Shown: one piece after another, positions 37,076 through 51,093 of the stretch
Position numbering within the stretch: position 1 is the first letter of the stretch
How the letters are laid out: every line of letters begins with the position of its first letter
Assembly (NCBI RefSeq): GCF_000150275.1
Contig: NW_002060943.1
Coordinates: 10,634,209-10,698,208, forward strand
DNA length: 64,000 nucleotides
Direction of reading: 5' to 3'
From: Trichoplax adhaerens
Taxonomy: Eukaryota; Animalia; Placozoa
Position numbers and translations under genes: made by a program
Notes under the pieces: model-generated
What the model was told of the DNA's origin: nothing
What the model saw: the letters and a program-made list of their open reading frames with translations, nothing else
The model's database searches: none

Positions 37076-40000
37076 ATGGTGGTGCTGTGCCAATGGCAAA
37101 CGGTTATTCCGATCATCATCATCGTTTTCATCACTATGAACGATATTTTACCATCTCATGGACTTTACACAGATGTTACAAATTCTGTTGGGTTAACAAC
37201 TCAACACGTACAACTACATGCTTTTGGCGATTTCAATTCTGATAATTCCGTCGATTTGTTCAGCCTTGATGAGTCTAGTAAGTCTAGTAAAGCAACTACG
37301 CGTGTTTTAAAATATAATTATGATATACTATAGTAGTGAATATCAGTAATAATATAAACCTACAATATTCAAAAACTAAAATGCAAGCCGGTAGATGAAT
37401 TGAACGGATACTTTCGTGAATAATATTCTTGATATACAAAATACAGTAGGTTGTAAACGGCCCTTTGATTGAGATGATGAGGGCTGTATTGATTCAAGTC
37501 GGGCACTATAATTCGGATATTGCTTTGTTAATGCTGTAACTTACTTATGCATGTATTCCTACGTTAGTAAAGCCTACAGGAGATTATTATCTTTATAATT
37601 AACTCAATAGAAAAGTACTTACTTGTTCTTCATACTACTGTGGTTGTACAGTAACAATATTTATAGCTTACATATTCGTGTATGCCTGCCTTTACATTTC
37701 AGCATACCTGCTCTTGGTGCATGTACATACAGTTCATAGGAACAGTAGTTGGTAATCCTCAACTGAACTTCCGATTGCAAAATGCTTACGATAACTATGA
37801 AATTATTTTTAGTAATAGCTCGAGCATCGAACTTGATGTGTACATACTCTACTGTAAATATAAATAATGGAATCATACTCTTATCTTGTATCATGTTCTG
37901 ATTAGACAAACAGTTAAGCGTGCTGCTATGGGATCACCAAGCCCTGAAATTTATCAAGGGTAAAGCCGAGATTGAAATGTAAGTTTACACTTCATTATGA
38001 TTAATTTTAATTAACTGCAAGACAATTATGGAGTCTTCCTATTCAACGTTGAAGGTGGCATTATGCTTTACTGTAATAAATAGAGCTCACATTTTTATTT
38101 TCCAAATAGTAACTTACACTAATGTTTCCATACACGATACGAGTATACCACAAACTATCAAAGAAAATTACGTACAGTATAATTGTAATAGATTCTCGCT
38201 AGTGGTTTAAGGTAGTCATACCAATTTACCTTTGTATTCATATAGCCTCGATCAAGTGCTATTACGTATTTATACCGTGATAGTGCGTCATGTATACTAC
38301 GGTGCTGTACTTATATAATTTGCTTATAAGTTAGTAATCTCGCTCAAAGTAGGTTACCCACCACGGAATTTATTATTGAATGTCAATGCCATCATCATGT
38401 CACGACTGTCGATGTAATCAATTGTTATGACATGGTTATCGATTTTAATGTTTCATTACAATATCAGCAATCATTGAGCAACTTATATAATACATGACAA
38501 TTACTGGCGTAATTAAAACCTTACATTTTTATACCATTGTATCTGTAACAGGGATAGCGATCAATACATTACTGCGGTTATTCCTGGTGACTATGATGCT
38601 GATGGAAACTTGGATGTATTAATCGCATATCAGAGTACATCAAGTACAAAAAACGCTCAAGGGCAATTGCCAACATACATGAAACTATACTGGGGCAACT
38701 CCATTAAATTCAGTAAATGATAATCATTACAGTAATATATGAACTGTTTCAATTTGTACTACTATTAATTCTGTTGATTCATTACTGGTGCTATTTCTAT
38801 AATTGATAATACGCCAATACAATCATCATTATTATAAATATGGTATTTTTAAGCTTAAATCACATTTAATTTAGCAACCTTATCAGAAAAGATTTTAATT
38901 TACGTAAATTTATTGTTGCTATAAAAAATTTACTGTCAACAGTATCTAAAGTTCCTGTTTTACGTTTTTTCATAGCGGAAGATATCAACTTCGAAGATAA
39001 GTTATGGGATCAACCTCTGGTGTTGGAGTAAGCTACAAGATAACATCCTAGAATAGATGTATATGACATCCTATACAGGATAGTGAAGTTACTATAAACT
39101 CTATATAATTTGAATAACCGATTCCTACAATCCTCACTACATTACTGTATGTTTCTTGATACCCAAATTTACAATACGATTGTACTAGCAATAATCAATT
39201 ATTACCGTATTTTATATGATATACGTCAAAGTTAAATTTACAGTATCAAACCCATATGGTAGCTATTAAGAACAAAGAGCGTTTGGGTTATTTCGAAATT
39301 TTAATTCTGTTCTTCGTATCTTGAGATGTAATGCAAAAGTTCATTAAGCATGTATTAACTTTACTCGGACTAAATGTCGTATCTTACCATGGGATTTGTG
39401 TGACTTGCATATTAAAAACAGTTATAATTTCAAAGCTATCACAAATAATTATTGCCTAATAATTTCTTTTATGGAAGGTGATAATAATTATTCATGATTT
39501 TTTTATAGTCTTAACGGCGACCTAATCCCTGATATTTTTGAAGCTAATTTTGATTCTGGGTATCGATACTTCTGGATAGCGAATGATAAAAGGTTCGTAA
39601 AACATTTAGGTACCCTATAAACTTGTTTTATTTTAAGATTGACTGTACAAATGTAGCATATTATCATTGCATTATGACTTAAAGAGACGGTCTCTAATAA
39701 TACTCTCTTTCTTTAATCGTGATTGAATAACCCAGAAACTTTACGAAACAATCAATGGAGTCTTTCACCGTAAATAATAAACCAGCATTAAATCCGATAA
39801 GAATTCCGAATTCTAATGCTTATGTTGATTTAAATCAAGACCACTTTGCTGGTTTGTGGAAACTTGTAATATCGGATGGATAGCGCCCTATTAATGTTAC
39901 TTTAGCTTTGTTCGTTTATTGTATGCGTTTGTCATCGTTGTAGATTTATTCATAACTACCACATTGCCGAATAATGATAAAGAATTCCGTTTTGAAATTT

Positions 40001-42570
40001 GGCAAAATAAGGTAGGTGTTGGATGCTCTTTTCTGTTATGTATGACAGCTGTACATCGTGAAAATATTTAGTCTATCGATACCCATCTTCCACAAAGGAT
40101 GGAAAATTTGCCCAAGACACTGTATTATCGATGCCTACTGCTAAAGTATCTGTGGTTGGACAAACATCCTTTACAGACTTTGGTCAGCCTATTATATGAC
40201 AATTTTAAATGGATATTGTATTATAATCTGATAGAATTTTATTTAAAGTACTTGCACGGTAAAAATTTTTAGATGGTGACGGCATTCAAGATCAAGTTTT
40301 ACCTGTCTGTCTTGATAGCTACTGCAAATCTAGTCAAATATATATTTATAGCCTTAAAAAGGTTAATTCTCTTATTATGGAAATTTTAATCTTTACAAAG
40401 AATCATTTTTCCTCAATTAACATTTTACCCTCATCTGCTATAGTGGCATCTTGTATTTGACAATTTTGTTATTAATGGGAAAAATTTTGGCTTTGTTTCG
40501 GATTCCTACTCCAACAATCCCAGCAAATCAGTGCCTATAACCCTTAGAATTGGTTAGTGAATATCGAACTTCTTAATATCTTTTATGGTATTTCTGATAC
40601 TTCCTTCTGAAATGCAGGAGATTACAATCTAGATGGCTTTCCCGATGCAATCGCTGTTTTAGAAAATAAGGACAGGTCAGTTTTCTTGTTATAATTCAGT
40701 TTACCGTACATGAATGGCAACATCGTAATATAAGACTTTATGCAATCTATTAGCAATATTGCCGATTAAATGAATTTTTACTTTATTTCTAATGTTATTG
40801 ATATAATATTAGCGATTAGCTATAAACTATTTGTTTTCTTTATTCTATCATTTCTTAGCGGTACGAGGGATGTTTCTACATTCTTGTTCACAAATGTTCC
40901 TTGTTTTGACTCCAAAAAATGCCACAGCTATAGCAGAATATTTTCGGTCAATGTTAATTCTATGGTATCTAAAATTTTCGAAGTTCCCATAGTAAAGAAT
41001 TTAAATTTCTTTGACTTAAACCATTGACTCAATTTTGCGATATTACCCGCTAGTTTACTGAAATAAACGACACGGCGGTAACTGCCACATTTTATGACCT
41101 TTATGGCGATGTGAGTCGAAATTTAACGTTGCTAAACTTAAATGATAGTTTTATAAACTACCACTTGTATGTTTTATTCTTACGTTTTGTAATTTCTTTA
41201 ATTTATAGGGAATTTTGGATATTCTGGTCAATTCATTCTCAAAAGATACGAACAAATTTTCGTTGCACGCGTTTAAGAATGATTTTGCGGGGGATGCTAC
41301 GTTTTTGAAAGTCACTGGTGAATTTTCTTCTTTATTCTGTAACTTTTCATTAATTCGCACGATAGAATTTCTTAAGTTGTGAATGTCATTCTTTCTTTTC
41401 ATATTAGTTATTGGAGGATATTGTCCATCTGCGAAAAATAGTAAGGTTAGTACGTTATAAATCGTACTTTTAATAATTATGTAGCCTCTTGATTGATCCC
41501 TGATCCAGTAAAACACAAATATTCTTTGTATCCATTGGGTACATTGGGTTATTACCATTAGCTATGTGGAGTAAACTTGCCAAGTTGCACACTACAATAT
41601 CAGACTGTCCAAGCTAGCGGAGAAATTATACGTGGCAGCGGTAATGAAATATCTTGTGAACTGTTATGCGTACAATCTTCCTTAGTAATGGAATTATTCT
41701 GAACCCTATCTTTGCTTCTTTGCTGCTTTAGTTACTCAATTAAGTCAAACAGCATATACCGCTTTACAGCTACCATTTATTGTCTTTGGTCTCGGGCAGA
41801 CACCAAATTTTGTTGATTACTTGTCAGTGTCGCTACCTAGAAATTCAGCACAGGTAGGCTATAAATATGCATGCATTTTTTTTTTGTAGTTAGGTTTTAA
41901 TTAATCTGCTTTAGCATTATGATACTGTCATCTATTCAGCAAATGTTGTTTTAGTCAACAGTATTGTACTCTTCATGTAATTAATTAGCTAATTTGCTCG
42001 CCTTCCTTTATGTTTTACTGTATCTGGTTAATATTCTGTTTAGAAAAGAGAACATACATGGTCTTCCATCATACCAAATTCTCAACTAATTGTCATTCCA
42101 CAACCACCTGCTGTTCCTAAAAAGTAAGCAATTGATGTTACGTCGTCTATTAATATTTGCAGTAGATTGGATTGCCTTATTAATCATCATTTACCAACTA
42201 GATGGCCCTATAAGCTTCTTCTAACTCCTAGTAAGCTTGTATTGTTGACTGCGTTGATCTTGATTGGTATTTGCTTTGTTATATCGGCTATAATTGGGAT
42301 ATTGCACTGGAAAGAAAAGGTAATTTTGTTTTCGTAATTTTATCAATGATTTAAACTTTAAATTTTACTTAACAAAGTGAATTTATAATTTCGAAGACGT
42401 AGGAGTCATATAAGCTCATTGATCTAAATAATTATGCTTTACATTTCCTACACTCTTTTCGTTATATTACTACTCATGTGTAACTCCTTTACGGGCATTA
42501 ATTCAAATAGAAAATGGATGAAAAGGAAAAAAGGGAAAATTCTCATCGCTTTCACTTTGATGCAATGTAA
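37076..42570 (+). CDS. ITFG1: T-cell immunomodulatory protein / LINKIN (FG-GAP repeats, single TM); 20 exons
   Basis: Signal peptide; FG-GAP loops AFGDFNSDNSVDLF, IPGDYDADGNLDVL, DLNGDLIPD, IGDYNLDGFPDA; QTAYTALQLPFIVFGLGQTPNFVD; WSSIIPNSQLIVIP; TM followed by LHWKEKKMDEKEKRENSHRFHFDAM*, the conserved C-terminus. Confidence 0.97.
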
Positions 42571-44713
42571 CCATAGAATTAGAAGATGAAATATATCTTA
42601 ACTTACGGACTTGATGGATATTCTTAAAGTTGTACATAATTAACATTTAGAGACAAATAGCTGATATTTATGATTTTAGCAATTTGAAATTTTAATTTCA
42701 ACAAAATTTATTTGATAGCCACAATTATTATCATTCAGTAAGAAATTTTTATTATGATTGTGATATTTTATATTTGATTACACACATATACATCCTGACC
42801 GCCGCTTTTTACTATAACTGTATTTATATGTAATACAGTAGTATATAAATGTTCTTCAAAGATATTAATTCGAGTCAAAGTTTCACACATTGTGTCAGTT
42901 ACTATTCTGTATATTATTGTACAGTTGTCAAGTCGACTTGTAAGATAGAAAAGTAATAGAAAAGAAATGTTTGAAATTTATATAATAATCTTTACAAAAC
43001 ACGTATTTCCATTATAAATAAATGTATTGGATACAATCCTACCGTATGTGATTGCTTGACTGTCTCTTACCTCGCTGCAACTACTGGCGGTATTCTCAGC
43101 GAAACTGAAATTAAACACATTATCCTCGTAACTGTAACCAATTACTCTACACCAAGGGCAAAACTGCTTTCCTCTGTTCAGGAACACAGCTGTGTATCAA
43201 CACTGACGTAGAGGTTTAGCTCTAAATGGGAAACTTTCGAGTCAACACAGTACTGTATACGTATGTCTCGCTGTCCTGAAGTTTATGGAATATAGGAAGA
43301 AATAGTAACGCAGGTAAACCTGACGATGGAAACAGCACCGTAGATATCGAGGAGAATAAAATTAACACAGTATACTCTTAATTTAAATATCTACATAACA
43401 ACTTTAGCGAAAAGCTGTATTTCAATTAAAATAAATAAATATAATATTATACCACTCCGTACGGCTACCGTAAGCCCTCAAGGATGTACTGCCGCTGCGT
43501 GCTGTTCTTCAGTAAATTCGTTAGTAAATTCACATCGCTGTATTGTAGGTTCTGTAACTTTTACATAGTTCATACACACAGTACAATGTAGATGGTCCTT
43601 ATCGACATTAATACTGCGAAAGAACTTTAATAAAAAAATCGTAACCTCTAAACTGCTAAACTCTGCACCGTCACCTATTGCTGCTATGTTATTTGTGCCT
43701 GCTCAGTGCTTTTTATTGCTTCAATTTGGTGCAATCTAGTACTATATAGAGAAATTTCTAATTTCTACATTGAGTAGTAACACACGGGTTTGTGCAAAAA
43801 GCCCAACTCCCCACGGGGTGCTTTAGACGTTAGACTGGTTAGTATTAAATTCCTATAGCCGGCCAGTCGGTATAATAGGAATAATTAATAGACTTTTATT
43901 CTAACGATAATCAACTCTGTTCTATGTTAATAAAATCATTACCGCATCTAATCGGATCGTTTACTTAATTGATGTAAAATTCGATCAATACTGGATCAAA
44001 TCGACTGATAGGTTATTAGAATGGTAAAAGCAATGCTGATGGTAGATTTGTAAGGAAGATTTCAATGAACAAATTCGATAGTCTTTCAGCAATAATCACC
44101 GTTTGAAGTGTTGATCTATTGTAATGGCCTCAGCTAATTATAGTGATACAGAAAGTGGTTAATAGTAATAGCAGGAGACTATTACTCGGCCATCATATCT
44201 ATCTATCAAAACATTTAAGGTAGTACAGTTTAATTTCTACGAGTTAACTGTATAAATAGAGGTAAAAAAGGCCAACAGTACAATGCAGTAGCATAGTATA
44301 CACGTTGATCATAAAGTTGCCTGTAGGATAAAAGGTAGACTAGTGCTAATATTTGAAGAGTGTTTCTACTTACTGTAATATTTAAGTTGCGAAGTAATTT
44401 TACTGCGTCAATGAAGGTACAATATCAACATTTCACATTATCTCCATGTGTCACAACCTCGGTCTTGACATGCGTATTCCATAAATATCTGATTGAGCGA
44501 CTACAGTCTCATAAGAGCTTGCATGTTGCGTGTGTAGGGTATTTTCTAAAATGAAGCCATAACATATTAATTATCTACTGTCATTATCTAAAAGTTATCA
44601 GTAGAGGTAGAATAGCTACGAATTGAATATTAGACTGAGATCCAATTGGAAGGATAGGCTGAAATAATTGTACTTCTAACTAGATTACTATATAGATCAT
44701 TTCAAATCGAATC

Positions 44714-47700
44714 ATGGGCCCCCCAAAAAGCCTATCTCGACCAATAGTCCGTAATCCATTCAATTACGGTGGATTCAAGAATTTGACTCTGGCACAGAAA
44801 ATAGAGGTACTATGAAAAAATTGAATTGACTTCAATAGCATACTCGTGTAGTTTAATTGAATAGCCTCGGCGAAATTTTTCGCTGAGTTAAAAGAGTACT
44901 GTATCCATGGAGTACCTATTACTGCAATTGTAACATTGCATCTGTAACACTTTAATTCTATGAATCAAATCGTTAGTGTCATGCCTTAAATTGTTCATAA
45001 TTCCTAGATATCAATCATATTACGAAATTTTTGTTTTCTTGCTCTCAATTGCCTCAACCAAAATTGTACGACAGATACATCAATTAATTACCCAATAGCT
45101 TTGTCTTCATCTTACGTGTCCGTGAATTTATTAGTGTATATCTCGGAGTTTGTGTTGGAAAGGCAACGAGTTAATTTTTCTTACTAACTGCTTTCGCATT
45201 TGTGGACAAACTCTTTTTGCCTTAGCATCTACAAGATAATATTTTACATTTTTAAATCAAAAGAAGTTATCAACAATTAAAACGAAAAATTTTAAATTTA
45301 GGCAAAATATCCTGACAATTATTCAGCTAGTACAGATTGAATGAAATGACGTAACCTAGAACGGATGATAGAATCTACTTTATTTCTGATGTGTATATCG
45401 CAGTAGTTCTTCTAGAGTTAGGGCATATTTACAGTATATGTCAGTGTAATGTAACTTAGTATTGTAATTGTAGACTGTTAGCCATGTTTAAAATAGAATC
45501 GTAAATCATGTATTAGGATATGGTTAATTCATTGTACTTTGGCTGGTGTGAATAATGTCTACGTAAATACTGTAGTCGTATCCCTATCGGATTAATGATG
45601 GTCCGCAGTAAAATAGTGCTACTAAGAATAATTTAACTACGTGTAAAATAAGGTAAAAGGTTGCCGTGCGGATTGTAGCTGCGAATGTTACGAAAAGTAT
45701 AAAAGCATGCAACTTTAGATTATTCTGTTAGTTCGTTCTAGAAGTCTTTAGTAGTAGTATTTGGCTAGAGTAGAGCTATGTGGAGTTAATCTTTGTATAA
45801 GATTCAATAAAGCCCTTATTTTTCTAAAATTTGGAATTTCGTGATCGGTATTTATCACAGTCAGCATAGAGGATGTAAATGAAAATCTTTATAAAATCGT
45901 GTTTATAATATCGAGATGATATCCGTTGATGCTGTCCACTACTGTTAATTCATTAATTTATTCATTCATACATTTAAGTAGTCTTTCGTAGTCCTGCCTG
46001 CTGGCGCTGGGTAATAATAGACCACTATTTCAGCTTGACTTATATACTGGTTGAACTGACGGTACACTTACTAGTGACTGATGGTTTGTATTAGAAATAT
46101 CAAAGAAAGAAATAACTTAATGATGCAGTAAAAATTAGACCTGCTCAAGGTTGTAGTGTATTTGTGAAACTTTAGCTAAATTTAAAGTAAATGCTTTAAA
46201 AATTAAAGACTTAATTTAGCACTACACTATATGATGAATGCACAGCATACGTACTGTATCATCTGCATTCTCTCTATATTGTCTTCTATAACTCTTAAAT
46301 TCTGTAACGTTTATATGCTTTATGGAATAATATAGGCTTATATAACACATTACATCAATCGTGAGAATTCATTCGTTGCAAGTATTGTAGTGCAGTAACA
46401 TAATTTTTCTTAACCAACTGAATTATCATTATGTCCTTAGTTTATTTTGACAGGAATTTTTCTAGGCCCTATACGCTTGATTTTGATATTGATAATCCTC
46501 TGCTTCGCCGGAATAATGAGTTCTATAGTACTCTATAACAGAGGCAAAAATACGGAGAAAGCACCACTAATAGGATGGAGACGGTAATTTCTAATCTAAT
46601 AAAATTGAGTAATACTGTTTATGCTTCCAATAAATTATAAGCCTGCATTTTCATATTGTAAGGCTTATAAAAATGGTCTAAGCTTTGAATTCCTAGTCAA
46701 TATGTCTCACTGCAATATAAAACTTCAGTAGCTAACTACATATGATTGAATCATATAGAATAAAATACTGTACATTGTACAATGCAGACTGCAATAATAC
46801 CTTAAACAAGATTTCCAGACAGTGCTGGAGGTAGCATCGGTTGGAAACACTAAATTAGAATGATCGAGCAATCTCAACTCGACATTTTAGTACTTTACGG
46901 GATGCCGCATCTCCTTCATATAAAATTATCCCATTGCATTATCAATGGTAACTTAGAATTATTTATATGAAAATGTTGTATAGCCTATTATAAATTATGA
47001 AATGACTAGCCGAACCACATACTGTATTGCAAATTTAGTAGATAACATTCTCGATCAATATTTTGATTTTTTCAATTGCCACATACTGTACTACCGTACA
47101 AGCCAGACCAAAGTTATCTAATTTTCTTCCAATCGATAGCAATTTCATGCCATTATACGGATTTGTCAAGATATTTGCTGAATTTCATAACTAAATTTTT
47201 GTATCACTTCCTAAAAATTCCTCAATCTAGGACATTTAAAGATTTTTTTTACTGCCAAGTTGCGAGATCGATTCTCTTCGTAATAGGATTTTATAAGATA
47301 AAAGTTAATGGAAAGCTAGCTGATCGGCAACAAGCACCTATTATCGTTATTGCTCCTCATTCTTCATTTCAGGACATGTTGTTTATGGATTCACTACGTC
47401 CACTGTCGGGATTATCACGAGTCGAAAATAAGAGTGCACCCATACTAGGGCGTGAGTAATCCATATAAGAAATCGGCAGTTGTTACTCGATTTAAAATAG
47501 CTCATTTAACGTGAATATAATATGAATTAGCTAATAAGTATCTTTTAATTCAGATTACTGCTAGTATATCGATATATAATATATATTAAGCTTGAAAAAC
47601 AACAGAAATTATGTTTTCCACTCTACGTTTGTGTTACAACCAAGTTTATTCATTTATAATATCTGTTTTACCTCTTACACATTAAGCTACTCTTATTATG

Positions 47701-50340
47701 ATGGAAACAATTTTTGTATCACGAATGAACCCTAAATCACATCAACAGACCATCGACGAAATTCTTAAACGTAGCACAGATACTGAATATGATTGGCCTC
47801 AAATGATGATTTTTCCAGAAGGTAATCCAGACACCAAAGTAGCAAACTTTGTAGTGCAGTTATTTGAAATAAACTTATAAAGCAAAACAGTCAATACCAA
47901 ATTAAATTTAGATAATTTATTATACAACAACGGCCAAATATAGCGAATATAAAAGCAAAGTTGAAAAGATGCCTGTATTTTCCGAATAGATTTTAGAACT
48001 ATTATTTTCGTAGTATAACTTTGTAAAACAAATAAAATTTAATCAATTTTCTATTTGAAATTACCTCTTACCTTACTCGTATTACAGGTACAGGTACAAA
48101 TCGAAAAAGTTTAGTGCATTTCAAGGCAGGTAAGTGGGTTAAGTTAGCAATATCTGAAAGACAATCGAAACCACTGTATACGGAAGATTATGCTTGATAT
48201 GCTTATTATTCTAAGAAACTAGCAACTACGAGATATCAAAATTACACTGGCTTATCATAGCCAATAAATTCGGAAATTTCTATTCATTTTTAGGTGCTTT
48301 TATTCCTGGTGTTCCAATTCAACTAGTAGCTGTTCGATTTTTGAATAAAGTGGTAAAATATGCTGCAATACTTTCAGCAAATGTTCGACTATCCTTCTGC
48401 CACTAGTTACGTTGAATAAATTCATTTATGCCCATAATCCTTTCAGGATACTTATTCTTGGGTAGCTGATGGACCTGGACCGTAAGCACAATCTTAGCTA
48501 GAAATTATATCGCATCCATTAGCTCTGCTTATCATTATTAACTTTGATGTAACGTAATTTTATTTTAGACTGATGTTGTTAATCCATTGTGTCTGTCAAT
48601 TTCGACATGAAGCAATCGTTGATGTGAGTTTTTTTGATATATTTGTCAATATTTGATTTACTTACATCACTTTTATATATATATATATTCATCGTTCTCA
48701 ATTTTTTGTAGATTTTGCCGGTTTATCATCCTACCGAAGAAGTAAGAATGTATTAGTAGCACTTAATGTCTCGACAGTTTATTAATAACCGTTCTTAAGA
48801 ACTCATAAGAGTATGTAACCTGTACTGTTATCTTCGATAATAATAATAATATAAGCATTAACAGTTTGTAATCTAACGTAATAATTGATTTTTATTAATA
48901 AAAGAATAATCTGATCGAAATAGGAAAAGAAGAATCCACGAATTTATGCCGATAATGTTAGAAAATTATTTTCAGAGTAAGTTTCCAGTACTTGCATACA
49001 TTTTAGATTGTGTATTAAATCTATAGGTTTTAAGCGTCATGATTTGTATTGAGGATCATTTGGCAGAGCTGTATTATGAATATGTTCTGTATTAGTTTTC
49101 TTTCGATGCCTACCACTGAACATACCTATGAAGACTGTTGCTTAATGGTAGAAGCTAGTAAAACTAATTTACCGTTAGAATGCGGTATAATCGAATACAG
49201 GAAAATTAATGTAGAACTTGGGTAATATTTGAAAAAATAACTTTATCACGATTAATTATATTATCCTTAACTTTATTGAAACTTGAATTAGCAGTTAAGC
49301 GTTACATTATCGAATTCGATGTTTATACTATTTTTATAATTTCTTAATGTGGATAGACTAAATTATCCTATCATCAAGAATCACCTGAAAATATTTTCGG
49401 TGATTAATACATGTAAGAGTGGCAAGGTTACTATTCAAGATCTTGCCTCATTCTTAAACGTTAACACCAGCGATCTAGAAGGAGTATTTGCTTTACTGGA
49501 CATGGTAAGTAAACTTTCTGTCTGCTTTAGTCTTTATTTTTCATGTAATAGGCCTTTCTTTACCTGAATTATATCGTGTTAATTAAATCAGTGAATAGTA
49601 GCTAGAAAATTAATTGGATTAAGTTCCTATTAAGTAATAGCCGATTAATTTATTTCATAATGACCATGGCAATCTTGACTTCAGCTATGCACTTTCGTTT
49701 TATCATTTTATTATCACTGTATTTTCCTTTTAATCAAATTATCATAAAGCAAATCAATAGAGAGGCTAGATAACATTCATCGAATCACGTTCTCCATTGG
49801 TTTATTGACTTAATGCAGGATGAGGATGGCTATCTTGACTTTAGAGAGTATTTAATTGGTATTACAATTTTAAAGGATTCCGATCAATTAAAGAATATCG
49901 TTACTCATATGGGACAGGTAAATTAACTTGGCTAAATACTCCGCTATGTCTAATTTCTATTTAATATACATGACTTATAAAAAATGATATACATGTAATG
50001 AAATAATTTTAATACATCAAGACTATGCTTGTCCAGCGTTATGACTCAAATCTTAGCGAAGAAGATTTTCGTTCAGTTATATTACGACTTTATCCTCAAC
50101 TATCTAACGAACCTATAAAAGCATTTTATATGTACCTACGTCAGAAATACGAATTTGTCAGTATAGGTAAGTAGTCAACTAAAATTTTCATCAATAAGTA
50201 CGTACGATCTAATGTTATTGCTTTAACAGATTAATTTACGATATTCAATGTGTTTATAAACAGAAACGGTAAAGAATTTTTTACTATCCGACCATGGCTA
50301 TAATACACTTTTAAAAATTTGCAATAATTCTAGAGGCTAA
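44714..50340 (+). CDS. LPCAT1/2-family acyltransferase paralog B, EF-hands largely degenerate; 15 exons
   Basis: Exon 1 44714-44806 (MGPPKSLSRPIVRNPF); APHSSFQD; WPQMMIFPEGTGTNR; same intron positions and phases as paralog A; stop at 50338-50340. Confidence 0.92.
45460..45848 (+). repeat. Diverged dispersed repeat, copy 1 (in intron 1 of LPCAT-B)
   Basis: Collinear blocks shared with 50550-51093: attgtagact(g/a)ttagccatgttta, aaaataaggta, attgtagctgc, caactttagattatt, ctagagtagagct, ttggaatttcgtgatcg. Confidence 0.85.
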
Positions 50341-50549
50341 GCAGTCGCAGCTATTTGCCATTAATACACATATACATATCTGACAGGTCTATCAAATGGT
50401 AATACTATCTGTTAAATGAGCACATTATCGTAAGCCGTCAGCAAAGCGACGGGAGTTTGCACTAGTAATCTATTAACTGTAAGTAAGTTACATACTTCAA
50501 GGATTACTAAACAAAAATATTTCTTGCCTAGTATAGAAACTTACTGTTA

Positions 50550-51093
50550 GTATTGGATTGTAGACTATTAGCCATGTTTAGTATGATTTACGTTATAATA
50601 GCTTTCTATATTTCTCATAAGCCTTATTTAGTAGCTCATAGCCATAGACTGTAATTGAAGATTCTATGTCAAAATACAGATGACTACATATAGTATGGTG
50701 TTGAATCACTATTGATACTAGAGGTAAAGATAGATATGTAATTCATATATTACGATATGTTTAGTTCATTGTTCTTTGGCTAATAGAAATAACGTCTATA
50801 TAAATACTGAAACAGTTACCATATTAGACTATAGATTGTCCGCTATAAATGTCGTTACTATTAGTAATCTGCATAACTATAAAATAAGGTAGAATGTTAG
50901 TTACTATGTGAATTGTAGCTGCAAATACTACGAAGAGTACTTAAGCAGACAACTTTAGATTATTTCAGTAGTTTAGCCTGGAAGTCCTTCTAGCAGCTGT
51001 ATTCGACTAGAGTAGAGCTGTGTGTAGATTATCTTTGAATAAAGATCTAATTAAAGTTCTAATTTTCTACGAATTTTGGAATTTCGTGATCGA
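50550..51093 (+). repeat. Diverged dispersed repeat, copy 2 (just downstream of LPCAT-B), with an extra ~150-170 bp internal segment
   Basis: Same collinear blocks as 45460-45848 in the same orientation. Confidence 0.85.

Noticed and set aside
41151-41558. 135-aa minus-strand ORF and similar 60-90 aa ORFs across introns
   Set aside because: They are antisense to or straddle established exons, show no recognisable domains, and are expected by chance.
43451-43573. Minus-strand ATG ORF with an in-frame TGA (possible selenoprotein)
   Set aside because: It is short, has no CxxU-like context, no recognisable SECIS and no homology.
45460-45848. Hydrophobic minus-strand reading of the dispersed repeat as a GPCR/membrane pseudogene
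   Set aside because: The frame is broken by stops and indels in the second copy, and no family motif was recognised.
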